The translations under genes were made by a program, and so were the position numbers. Of a DNA stretch of 64,000 nt, positions 36,242-45,120 are shown in pieces (the first letter of the stretch is position 1; every line of letters starts with the position of its first letter). The stretch spans positions 19,180 to 83,179 of the forward strand of contig SVUA01000006.1 in NCBI GenBank assembly GCA_015063485.1, given 5' to 3'. The notes under the pieces are model-generated. The model did not search any database and was not told the DNA's origin. It worked only from the letters and a program-made list of their open reading frames with translations. This DNA comes from Oscillospiraceae bacterium. Lineage in GTDB: Bacteria; Bacillota; Clostridia; Oscillospirales; CAG-272.

Positions 36242-38944
36242 TTATGCTTTTTCGGCGCGTATTTCCATGATTCGAGCAGATCTGTCGCCCCAAGTAGCAA
36301 GCGCGGTTACACGTATCTTTTCTACGCGTGTAGCCTCAAAGCTATGTGAGCGTTTTCTCATAAAGTTGCCCTTTTCATCGGCGATCTTTATCCAATTGCT
36401 GCCGTCAAAGATCTCAACGGTGTAATCCTTTATACATTTCGGAGGCTCAGCTACCTTAACACCCCATGCAACACCGGGATTGACAAGGTCGGTATCGAAG
36501 CAAACGCTTATATTGTGGATAGTTGCAGGCTCGTCAAATTCAACCTCAAGCCACTGAGGCATATCCTGTGCGGGATCGGATACCCATTCATAGTTTTGGG
36601 CGTCAACGATCCTATTGTAACCGTTGATAGCGTTTTCAGGACCGCAATTAGCAATAGGTTCTTTAGGCTCAGGCACAGATGCGCACATACTGCAGTTCTG
36701 CTTCATCTTCCAATTTCCGTCAGCATCTTTTTCTCCTGCTTTTTGATACATCGTACCGTTTACAATAGAGCGCCAAGAGATACCGGGATTTTCGTCAAGC
36801 ATAAATCTTATACGTACCGATTCAACGTACATGTCTCTCTTTGTGGGGATAATTACATCAAACTTGACCCAGCTTTCACACATAGGAGGAACAACTGCTT
36901 CGGTCGTGTATATTTCACCTGCGGCAGCGAAGGTATCGGAATCTCCGCCAATGGGCTGAAGGTGGAGCTTTATCGTATAAGGCTTGTCAAGATCGGAGCG
37001 AAGCTTAACGTAAACATGTTCAACGTCGCCGAGCGTTTCGGAATAACTGATGTCCGCGGCACGAGCTACGTTCAAAGGAAGAAGCTCACCAATCTCTCCT
37101 TTGGCTGTGCGGAATATTTCGCCCGAACTAACGCTTGATGCGGTAGCCTTTGCTCTCAAGCAAGGATCGTTTACGTCGTTACTTCTTACGCTCGGAATAT
37201 ATTGGTCATCCTTTATCAAGGTCTGCTGAAGCTCAGACATATGACGCTGATAGATTCCTCTCGGAGTTTCACCGAGACGAACACACATAGCAGCCGCAGT
37301 ACCGACAGCCTGGCCGAACGTAGCAATACTGTTCTGCACGCGAGTAGTACCCATAGCGATATGCGAGGTGCTTATATTTCTTCCCGCGAACATAAGATTG
37401 TCAATATTTACAGAGTAAAGACAACGGAAGGGAACTTCGGGAGCGTGTACTCTGCGCGCGCAATAAAGAGGACCGTTCTTACCGCCGTAAATACCTTCGG
37501 GATGATGGATATCCAAGTCCCAACCCGTATAAGAAATAACGTCGTCAAAATGTGTATTGTTGATACAATCGTTCTGTGTTAAGATATAGTCACCGATAAG
37601 ACGGCGCGACTCACGGCGACCGTCCATGATGCTCGTAAACGCGAAGCGCGTGTATTTAGCCTTTTCTTTTCCTGACCAATAATTCTTTAAGTGATCGTAG
37701 TATCCGAGAAGAACCAATATCAAAGCATCGCGTGTCTGCTCACCGTCCCACATATCATCGTAGGTGTTGGGAGCCTCGACCCACCAAGCAAGTCTTGTAA
37801 CCGCATGAATATGACGTCCGAACTCCTCGTCGGTTTCGGGCAACTTCGGTACCCAATCGGGAGCTTTGTATTCAACGGGATAATCTGTTTTTATTATCAA
37901 TTCCTTCTTAACGTCACGGATACAACCGCTCATTGTCTGAGTATCCGCGATATCGGCAGCAAGATATTCATTATGCTGATGCTTTGCCTCACGTCCGAAA
38001 CGGTACTTCGCGCCTGCGTAGTATCCGACCCAAGCGTCACCTGTACAGTCGATAAATATCTTACCCGTGTAGCTTTTCTTGGTAAGCTCCAAGATATCAA
38101 GAGCGATAACGCCCTTAATGGTCGTTTCGTTTTCCATTTCAACGTCGCAAACATGACTGTTATAAACGACAGTCAGATTTTCTTCTGCGTCAACGAGCTT
38201 TTTCAAAGCGCGAGACCAGTCTCCGGGTCTTATGGGGTCGCTGTCGCGCAAACGGCGAAGCTCTTCGGCAATACCTGTTTCGCGTATTTCATGAGAGCCT
38301 GCGCCTTCAAAGGTAATGCCTATTTCGGCACTTCCGTTTCCGCCAAGAACGGGACGGTTGTGGATCAACAAGGTCTTCATGCCTTTTCTCGCGCTCGCGA
38401 TAGCCGCGGGAACACCGCCGGGGCCGCCACCCGCAACGATAACGTCGTAATCTCCGCAATATTTAACAGACGTGTCAAGTCCCTTGATCTTCGCGCGTTC
38501 TTTGTTCATACGCTCGATCTCACGGGTAGGAACGTAGTCAAAGTCGTTTGTGATGACGATAGAAGAGAAGCGTCCGCAATATCCCGTCAAGTCTTTTATG
38601 GTAAGCTCAACGTCGCCTTCAAGCTCAAAGTCACCCGCGATCTCCCAGATCCAAGCATCAGAGGGCTGAGCACCGAGAACAACACCGTTGTCCTCTCCGT
38701 TTACAAGGAGAGAGAATTTACCGGGGTTGTGGGGACGCAACCAGTTTCTGTCACGCACCCAGATCCTGTAAGTGTCTTTCTTAGGAATTTTAACTGTTGT
38801 CTTTGCATCGGCAACGGGAACACCTGGCTCATTTGCCGCGATAAGATATCCGCAGCCTACAAGGTGTACAAATTGTGTGTCGACCTTCCAGCCGCCCTTT
38901 TTATCAAACTCAAGAGCGTCTATCCAAATCTTGATATCGTTCAT
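36242..38944 (-). CDS. FAD-dependent oxidoreductase family protein (FAD_oxidored-like) with N-terminal beta-rich domain and C-terminal F5/8-type-C (discoidin)-like domain; paralog A
   Basis: 900 aa with the dinucleotide-binding motif YDVIVAGGGPGGVPAAIASARKG...LGGNGS and no signal peptide. The C-terminus reads like a discoidin/CBM32 module. An AAAGGA RBS lies upstream. Confidence 0.75.
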   Translation of the reverse strand: MNDIKIWIDALEFDKKGGWKVDTQFVHLVGCGYLIAANEPGVPVADAKTTVKIPKKDTYRIWVRDRNWLRPHNPGKFSLLVNGEDNGVVLGAQPSDAWIWEIAGDFELEGDVELTIKDLTGYCGRFSSIVITNDFDYVPTREIERMNKERAKIKGLDTSVKYCGDYDVIVAGGGPGGVPAAIASARKGMKTLLIHNRPVLGGNGSAEIGITFEGAGSHEIRETGIAEELRRLRDSDPIRPGDWSRALKKLVDAEENLTVVYNSHVCDVEMENETTIKGVIALDILELTKKSYTGKIFIDCTGDAWVGYYAGAKYRFGREAKHQHNEYLAADIADTQTMSGCIRDVKKELIIKTDYPVEYKAPDWVPKLPETDEEFGRHIHAVTRLAWWVEAPNTYDDMWDGEQTRDALILVLLGYYDHLKNYWSGKEKAKYTRFAFTSIMDGRRESRRLIGDYILTQNDCINNTHFDDVISYTGWDLDIHHPEGIYGGKNGPLYCARRVHAPEVPFRCLYSVNIDNLMFAGRNISTSHIAMGTTRVQNSIATFGQAVGTAAAMCVRLGETPRGIYQRHMSELQQTLIKDDQYIPSVRSNDVNDPCLRAKATASSVSSGEIFRTAKGEIGELLPLNVARAADISYSETLGDVEHVYVKLRSDLDKPYTIKLHLQPIGGDSDTFAAAGEIYTTEAVVPPMCESWVKFDVIIPTKRDMYVESVRIRFMLDENPGISWRSIVNGTMYQKAGEKDADGNWKMKQNCSMCASVPEPKEPIANCGPENAINGYNRIVDAQNYEWVSDPAQDMPQWLEVEFDEPATIHNISVCFDTDLVNPGVAWGVKVAEPPKCIKDYTVEIFDGSNWIKIADEKGNFMRKRSHSFEATRVEKIRVTALATWGDRSARIMEIRAEKA
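38397..38626. repeat. 230-nt tract identical to 41128-41357 (within the tandem paralogs)
   Basis: Base-by-base comparison at an offset of 2731 nt shows no mismatch over 230 nt. Confidence 0.95.
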
Positions 38945-38966
38945 TGCTTTGTTATCCTTTCTTGTT

Positions 38967-41678
38967 TTAGTTACTCGAAACGGATTCTGCGCTTATTTCC
39001 ATGATTCGAGCAGATTTGTCGCCCCATGTAGCGAGAGCGTTTACACGTATCTTTTCAGCCTTGATGGCATCAAAACTATGCGTACGCTTTCTCATGAAGT
39101 TGTCTTTTTCATCGGCAACCTTTACCCAAGATTTCCCATTATAAACTTCAATATTGTAATCTTTGATACATCTGTGAACGTGAGGAACTTTCATCTGGCA
39201 CGTACCTGGGTTAACAAGATCGGTGTCGAATACGACACTGACACTGTGTATGTCGGTAGGCTCGTTCAATTCAAGCTCGATCCACTGGGGCATACTCTGT
39301 TCGGGATCGGATACCCACTCGTACATATCAGCCTTAACAATTCTGCTAAAGCCGTTAATAACGTTTTGAGGTCCGCAATCAGCGATAGGTTCGCTGGGCT
39401 CAGCGATAGAAGCGCAAAGACTGGAGTGCGTTCTCATTGTCCACTTTCCGTCCGCACCGCGCTCACCCGAGCTCTGATACATGGTAAGATTTTGGAGAGA
39501 TCTCCAATATATTCCTGGGGTAGCGTTTATAATAACTTTGACACGGGCAGTTTCGATAAAGCGGTCTCTTACCGTGGGAACGTGAATGTTGAACTTTATC
39601 CAACCCTCGCTCATAGGAGGTACAATAGCTTCAGCTGTGCAAATTTCTCCATCAGGCGAGAAAGTATCAACGTCTCCGCTTATTGTGTGAGCGTAAAGTT
39701 TGACCGTTGTAGGCTCTTTAAGATCGGAGCTGAGCTTTACGTATATCTGTTCAATATCGCCTATCGATTCAGCATATCCAAGGTTGACCGCACGGTCTAC
39801 GTCCATGGGAAGAAGCGGGCCTATCTCACCTTTTCCTCTGCGGAAGATCTCGGTAGTGCAAACGCTCGATGCGGTAGCCTTTGCGTTGAGACAGGGGTCA
39901 GAGGGATCGGTTCTCTTAACGCGGGGAATGTATTGGTCGTCCTTAAGAAGAGTTTGCTGAAGCTCACTCATGTGGCGCTCATAGATCCCTCTCGGAGTTT
40001 CACCGAGGCGGATACACATAGACGCCGCAGTACCGACCGCCTGACCGAGTGTTGCGATCGTATTCTGTACGCGGGTCGTACCCATAGCGATATGCGTGGT
40101 ACTTATATTTCTTCCCGCAAACATAAGGTTGTCTATGTTCTTTGAATACAAGCAACGGTAAGGTACGTGAGGTCTGCGAGCAAAACGCGAGCAGTAAAGA
40201 GGACCTTCCTTGCCCGAATAGATACCGTCGGGATGGTGAATATCGAGAGCCCAACCTGTATAAGAGATTCCGTCGTCAAATTTTCTGCCCGACGTGCAAT
40301 CGTCTTGAGTCAAGATGTAGTCACCGATAAGACGGCGAGACTCACGGCGTCCGTTTATGATACTTGCGAAATTAAACTGCAATTTAGCCGCCTTTTCTTT
40401 TTCTGACCAATGATTTTTGAAAAAGTCCAAATAACCGAGAATTACCAAGAACAGAGCGTCTCTTGTTTCCTCTCCGTCCCACATATCGTCGTAGATATTG
40501 GGAGCTTCCATCCACCATGCAAGTCTCTTTGGGTCTTTTATAAGGCGTCCGAATTCCGCATCGGTCTTGGGAAGCTTCGGTACCCAATCGGGAGCAGTGA
40601 AGGGGGCGGGAGAATCGGTCTCGGTGAAGAATACCTTTTTGTCACCGCGGATACAGCCACTCATGGTCTGTGTGTCCGCAATCTTGGGAGCAAGATACTC
40701 GTTATGCTGATATTCAGCCTCACGACCAAAGCGGTATTTAGCTCCTGCGTAGTATCCTACCCAAGCGTCACCTGTGCAGTCGATAAATATTTTACCTGTG
40801 TAGCTTGTTTTCGTAAGATTCAAAATATCGAGAGCGATAACGCCCCTAATGGTAGTTTCGTTCTCCATCTCAACGTCGCAAACGTGAGTGTTGTAAACGA
40901 CCGTAAGATTTTCTTCAGCCGCAACGAGTTTTTCAAGAGCGCGAGTCCAGTCGCCAGCAGCTTCGGGCTCATGGTCACGCAAACGGCGTATCTCTTCCGC
41001 AATACCGGTTTCACGAACCGAGCCTACACCTGCTCCATCAAATGTAATACCTATCTCACTGCTTCCGTTTCCGCCAAGAACGGGGCGGTTCTGGAGCAAT
41101 AAAGTCTTCATTCCTTTTCTCGCGCTTGCGATAGCCGCGGGAACACCGCCGGGGCCGCCACCCGCAACGATAACGTCGTAATCTCCGCAATATTTAACAG
41201 ACGTGTCAAGTCCCTTGATCTTCGCGCGTTCTTTGTTCATACGCTCGATCTCACGGGTAGGAACGTAGTCAAAGTCGTTTGTGATGACGATAGAAGAGAA
41301 GCGTCCGCAATATCCCGTCAAGTCTTTTATGGTAAGCTCAACGTCGCCTTCAAGCTCGAAGTCACCCGCAATCTCCCAGACCCATGCGTCAGAGGGCTGT
41401 GCGCCGAGAATAACTCCGTTGTCCTCTCCGTTTACAAGGAGAGAGAATTTGCCTGGGCTATGGGGACGAAGCCAGTTTCTGTCACGTACCCAGATCCTGT
41501 AAGTGTCTTTCTTAGGAACACTTATCGTTGTTTTTGCGTCTTCTACGGGAATGCCGGGCTCATTTGCCGCGATAAGATATCCGCAGCCCATAAGATGTAC
41601 AAATTGCGTGTCGACCTTCCAGCCGCCCTTTGTATCAAAGTCAAGAGCGTCTATCCAGATCTTGATCTGTTCGTTCAT
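38967..41678 (-). CDS. FAD-dependent oxidoreductase family protein, paralog B of 36242-38944
   Basis: 903 aa counted from the second ATG (MNEQIKIWIDAL). This ATG aligns with the paralog A start and lies 9 nt after AAAGGA. The ATG at 41696 has no RBS. Confidence 0.75.
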   Translation of the reverse strand: MNEQIKIWIDALDFDTKGGWKVDTQFVHLMGCGYLIAANEPGIPVEDAKTTISVPKKDTYRIWVRDRNWLRPHSPGKFSLLVNGEDNGVILGAQPSDAWVWEIAGDFELEGDVELTIKDLTGYCGRFSSIVITNDFDYVPTREIERMNKERAKIKGLDTSVKYCGDYDVIVAGGGPGGVPAAIASARKGMKTLLLQNRPVLGGNGSSEIGITFDGAGVGSVRETGIAEEIRRLRDHEPEAAGDWTRALEKLVAAEENLTVVYNTHVCDVEMENETTIRGVIALDILNLTKTSYTGKIFIDCTGDAWVGYYAGAKYRFGREAEYQHNEYLAPKIADTQTMSGCIRGDKKVFFTETDSPAPFTAPDWVPKLPKTDAEFGRLIKDPKRLAWWMEAPNIYDDMWDGEETRDALFLVILGYLDFFKNHWSEKEKAAKLQFNFASIINGRRESRRLIGDYILTQDDCTSGRKFDDGISYTGWALDIHHPDGIYSGKEGPLYCSRFARRPHVPYRCLYSKNIDNLMFAGRNISTTHIAMGTTRVQNTIATLGQAVGTAASMCIRLGETPRGIYERHMSELQQTLLKDDQYIPRVKRTDPSDPCLNAKATASSVCTTEIFRRGKGEIGPLLPMDVDRAVNLGYAESIGDIEQIYVKLSSDLKEPTTVKLYAHTISGDVDTFSPDGEICTAEAIVPPMSEGWIKFNIHVPTVRDRFIETARVKVIINATPGIYWRSLQNLTMYQSSGERGADGKWTMRTHSSLCASIAEPSEPIADCGPQNVINGFSRIVKADMYEWVSDPEQSMPQWIELELNEPTDIHSVSVVFDTDLVNPGTCQMKVPHVHRCIKDYNIEVYNGKSWVKVADEKDNFMRKRTHSFDAIKAEKIRVNALATWGDKSARIMEISAESVSSN
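41128..41357. repeat. 230-nt tract identical to 38397-38626
   Basis: See the partner entry at 38397-38626. Confidence 0.95.
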
Positions 41679-41724
41679 ATTCTTGCATCCTTTCATTAAT
41701 ATATAAATAATGATTTACACTTGT

Positions 41725-41753
41725 ATTATACAAGAGAATGTGTTTTTTGGCAA
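41725..41753 (-). promoter_or_regulatory. Sigma-A promoter of the FAD-oxidoreductase tandem (TTGCCA-17 nt-TATAAT)
   Basis: On the minus strand, -35 is at 41753-41748 and -10 at 41730-41725. The -10 sits inside a 7-1-7 palindrome, CTTGTAT-t-ATACAAG (41720-41734). Confidence 0.55.
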
Positions 41754-41855
41754 GTGTTTAGTTGCAAGTACTTTAAAAATGACATTGAAAATTTGAAAAA
41801 TGGCGCATATAGTTATTTATTTAACTAACTGTACTAAAAATCATTTCATTATAAA

Positions 41856-41890
41856 TATTAAAGGCAGTTCTAATCGAACTGCCTTTAATA
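41856..41890 (-). terminator. Terminator hairpin downstream of folD
   Basis: 15-bp perfect stem TATTAAAGGCAGTTC/GAACTGCCTTTAATA with a 5-nt loop and A/T-rich flanks. Confidence 0.7.
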
Positions 41891-41919
41891 TTAAGTATTT
41901 TGCAAATTGTCTTTAAATA

Positions 41920-42771
41920 TTATTTTACGGAATTTTTAGCAGACGTCAAAGTATTCTGCATAAGCATTGTGATCGTCATAGGACCAACGCCGCCCGGAAC
42001 AGGGGTAATATAAGATGCTTTAGGCTCAACTGAAGCAAAATCAACGTCACCCGTAAGTTTTCCGTCTGCGCGTCTGTTCATTCCAACGTCGATAACGACC
42101 GCGCCTTCCTTGACCATATCTCCTGTAAAGAAATCAGCTTTTCCGATAGCGGCTACGAGGATATCCGCGCGTCTGCAAACCTCGGCAAGATTTTTCGTTC
42201 TGCTGTGGCATACTGTAACAGTTCCGTTTGCATGAAGCAGAAGCATAGCCTGAGGCTTTCCAACTATGTTCGAACGTCCGACAACGACACATTCTTTTCC
42301 CGATATCTCAATTCCGCTTCTCTCAAGAAGAGCCATAACGCCCGCGGGAGTGCAGGGAAGAAATGCGTAATCGCCTATCATTATTTTTCCTACGTTGTAG
42401 GGGTGGAACGCGTCAACGTCCTTTTTAGGATCTATTCTGAGTATTACCTCATTTTCGTCAAGATGCTTGGGAAGGGGAAGCTGACAAAGTATGCCGTGTA
42501 TCTTATTATCGGCATTCAAGCGGTCAACAAGCGCGTTGAGCTCCTCTTGAGTAGTGTTTTCAGGAAGCTCGTAAGCTTCTGAATAATATCCTACTTCCTC
42601 GCAAGCACGTCTTTTGTTACGAACGTAAACTTGAGATGCGGGATCATTTCCAACGATTATTACCGCAAGACCGGGACGAACACCCGTAGCCTTTACAAAT
42701 GCTTCTGTTTCTTCCTTAAGCTCTGCGCGTATCTGCGCGGATATAGCCTTTCCATCAATAATTTTGGCCAT
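41920..42771 (-). CDS. folD: Bifunctional methylenetetrahydrofolate dehydrogenase/methenyl-THF cyclohydrolase
   Basis: 283 aa, MAKIIDGKAIS...PGLAVIIVGNDPASQVYVRNK...GVGPMTI. Confidence 0.95.
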   Translation of the reverse strand: MAKIIDGKAISAQIRAELKEETEAFVKATGVRPGLAVIIVGNDPASQVYVRNKRRACEEVGYYSEAYELPENTTQEELNALVDRLNADNKIHGILCQLPLPKHLDENEVILRIDPKKDVDAFHPYNVGKIMIGDYAFLPCTPAGVMALLERSGIEISGKECVVVGRSNIVGKPQAMLLLHANGTVTVCHSRTKNLAEVCRRADILVAAIGKADFFTGDMVKEGAVVIDVGMNRRADGKLTGDVDFASVEPKASYITPVPGGVGPMTITMLMQNTLTSAKNSVK

Positions 42772-42797
42772 TGTTTTGGTTTCCTTTCGATGTTGAT

Positions 42798-43793
42798 TTA
42801 TTTATCTTCTTCAAATAGATTATCAAGATTTTCTTTCTTATCTTCGTCGCTCAAAGTATTCGGACCAACAACATTATCGTCATCAAGCTCATGGTCATTC
42901 ATACCTATATGAGATATTTTAGCGTACGTAGGCTCATAGTCCATCGCCGTAAGTCTTTGACGGCGAGAACGCAAAAGAAGCAAGGTAAGAAGGATAGCTC
43001 CGACGATAAAGCATAAGAATCCGATAACCTGAGATATTCTGAATACTCCAATGTAAAGACTGTCTGTTCTGAGCCCCTCGATAAGCATACGCCCAAAGCC
43101 GTACCACGTAACATACATTAAAACGATCTGTCCGTCAAATTTTTTCTTTTTATAAAGTGCATTGATTATTAAAAATCCAATCAGATTCCAAAGGGATTCG
43201 TATAAAAACGTTGGGTGAACGAAAGCCATATCAAATCTGCTTACTTCTTTAATGTTGTGAGGGTTAAGTCCCATTCGTATAAAGTAGAGAAACGAATCCT
43301 CGGAAACGGCTCTTCCGTAAGCCTCTCCGTTAAAGAAATTTCCCCAACGGCCGAGTATCTGACCGATCATAACCGCGGGGGCTACCGCGTCAAACATTTT
43401 AAACGCATTTATTTTTTTATATCGGCAAATAAGGAATATGGTAATAGCACCCGCAATGATAGCACCGTAAATCGCAAGACCGCCTTCCCAGATAGCTATA
43501 ATATCGTAAAAACTCGTGTATTTTCCGTCCTTTAGTGATGTAAGAACATAGAAAGTTCTTGCGCCTATAACTCCAAAAATAACGGTGAATATTGCAAAAT
43601 CGAGAAGGTCGTCAAACTTTATTCCTTCTTGCTTTGAACGAAACGCGCAATAAGTAAAAGCCAAAACGATTCCCAAGGTAATGATAAGTCCGTACCATCT
43701 GACCTCAATTCCGTCGAATAAGGGAATGGTAAAAGCCACAGGATTTAATTCAAAGCTGTCTATTCCTATGCCCGGAAAAGAAACTGTAACCAT
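42798..43793 (-). CDS. lgt: Prolipoprotein diacylglyceryl transferase with acidic C-terminal extension
   Basis: An Lgt-like core (RWYGL..., GRWGNFFNGE, HPTFLYES) followed by a ~55-aa acidic tail. Confidence 0.9.
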   Translation of the reverse strand: MVTVSFPGIGIDSFELNPVAFTIPLFDGIEVRWYGLIITLGIVLAFTYCAFRSKQEGIKFDDLLDFAIFTVIFGVIGARTFYVLTSLKDGKYTSFYDIIAIWEGGLAIYGAIIAGAITIFLICRYKKINAFKMFDAVAPAVMIGQILGRWGNFFNGEAYGRAVSEDSFLYFIRMGLNPHNIKEVSRFDMAFVHPTFLYESLWNLIGFLIINALYKKKKFDGQIVLMYVTWYGFGRMLIEGLRTDSLYIGVFRISQVIGFLCFIVGAILLTLLLLRSRRQRLTAMDYEPTYAKISHIGMNDHELDDDNVVGPNTLSDEDKKENLDNLFEEDK

Positions 43794-43818
43794 AAAAATC
43801 TCCTTTGTTTATTTTATT

Positions 43819-45120
43819 TTAAAGCGGATAAACGACCGAAAGCGTGACCGAATCCTCCGCAAAAGAGGTCTTAAACAATTCGCACACGTCTTCAAAGGTA
43901 ATTCCGTCTATAATTTTTCCGTAAGAGAGGAGCTCACTGCCCTCACAAATAAAATTAAAAAGATTGTTTGCAATACTTTCCGTTGAATCAAAGGACTTTA
44001 CGAATTCGGCGTACATAACGCGTTTGCCTCGCTCAAAATCACTTTGTGAAAGTCCGTCTTTTTCAACCTTTTTTAAATACTTTTGTATCTCGGAAAGGAC
44101 GAGCCTTGGGTCGTCCGCTTCACCTGCTAAGGAATTGTAGGCGCAGGATTCCGATATCGTGTATCCATAAGAGAAGGCAGGGGATATCAAACCTCTGTCG
44201 TAAAGGGAAGCGTACAATTCTCCCGCGCGGGAAAACAGCATTTCATCAAGTATTGCCATAGCGGCGTCTTTTCTTTGCCGTTCGTCGCCGTTTTCCGAAA
44301 CGTCAATATCCTTAAATCCGATATTAAATATAGGCTTGGATACCTGCATTTTTTGATGAACATAAGAATTAAAAACGCTTCGCTTTTCATATGCATTTTC
44401 ATTTTTCGGGATCACCTTAACGTATTCTGCCGTCGCAGGTAAATGCGCGTATGCGGTATCGAGCACCTCGTCTGTATCTACGTCTCCGCAAATTATCAAC
44501 GCCATGTTTGAAAGTTGATAGAAAGCAGAATAGCATTTATACAATAGTTCGGGCGTTATTTCGCGTATAGACTCGCAAGAACCGCAAATATTTCTTCTGA
44601 TACTGTGATCTTTGTACATTCCCTCAAGCATACCGTAAAAGCAACGGTCGGAGGGCGTGTCATCGTACATACGTATCTCCTCGGAGATGATTCCTATCTC
44701 GGATCGAACCGAACCCTTTGTAAAATACGGGTGAGTAACGAAGTCAATAAGTTCGCCTAAAGAGTCGGAAAGCCTGTCCGTACAGCTGAACAAATAAGCA
44801 GTTTTATTAAAAGATGTATATGCGTTTGCGTCAGCGCCGTAGCTCGAGAAACGTTCAAAGGAATCGCTTCCGTCCTCATTGGTAAAAAGCTTGTGCTCAA
44901 GGAAATGCGCTATGCCGTCGGGAACGGTAATAGGGGTTTTATCATCACCTACGCTAAAGCTATTGTGTATAGAACCGTAATGCGTTCCGAAAATGGCGTA
45001 CACAGAGGTCATTTTTTTCTTGAATATGTAAATATCCAAGCCGCTTGGGTGAGTGTATTTTTCGTATCTTTCATTTAAAACCGCATTTTCAAAGACTGCC
45101 GAGGGAGTGTATTTATTCAT
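43819..45120 (-). CDS. M16 (pitrilysin) family zinc peptidase, catalytic type
   Basis: The HFLEH (HxxEH) zinc motif is present. 433 aa, YmfH-like. Confidence 0.85.
   Translation of the reverse strand: MNKYTPSAVFENAVLNERYEKYTHPSGLDIYIFKKKMTSVYAIFGTHYGSIHNSFSVGDDKTPITVPDGIAHFLEHKLFTNEDGSDSFERFSSYGADANAYTSFNKTAYLFSCTDRLSDSLGELIDFVTHPYFTKGSVRSEIGIISEEIRMYDDTPSDRCFYGMLEGMYKDHSIRRNICGSCESIREITPELLYKCYSAFYQLSNMALIICGDVDTDEVLDTAYAHLPATAEYVKVIPKNENAYEKRSVFNSYVHQKMQVSKPIFNIGFKDIDVSENGDERQRKDAAMAILDEMLFSRAGELYASLYDRGLISPAFSYGYTISESCAYNSLAGEADDPRLVLSEIQKYLKKVEKDGLSQSDFERGKRVMYAEFVKSFDSTESIANNLFNFICEGSELLSYGKIIDGITFEDVCELFKTSFAEDSVTLSVVYPL

Noticed and set aside
37691-40145. Two long plus-strand ORFs (437 and 457 aa) antisense to the FAD-oxidoreductase paralogs, plus the shorter ones at 36515-37138 and 40410-41102.
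   Set aside because: Their translations have no recognisable motifs and they mirror each other only because the sense genes are paralogs. There are no RBSs. The sense frames encode coherent Rossmann and discoidin-like domains.
41800-41916. A 38-codon plus-strand ORF (MAHIVIYLTNCTKNHF...) in the folD / FAD-oxidoreductase intergenic region.
   Set aside because: It has no RBS, it runs through the folD terminator hairpin, and its composition reflects AT-rich non-coding DNA.
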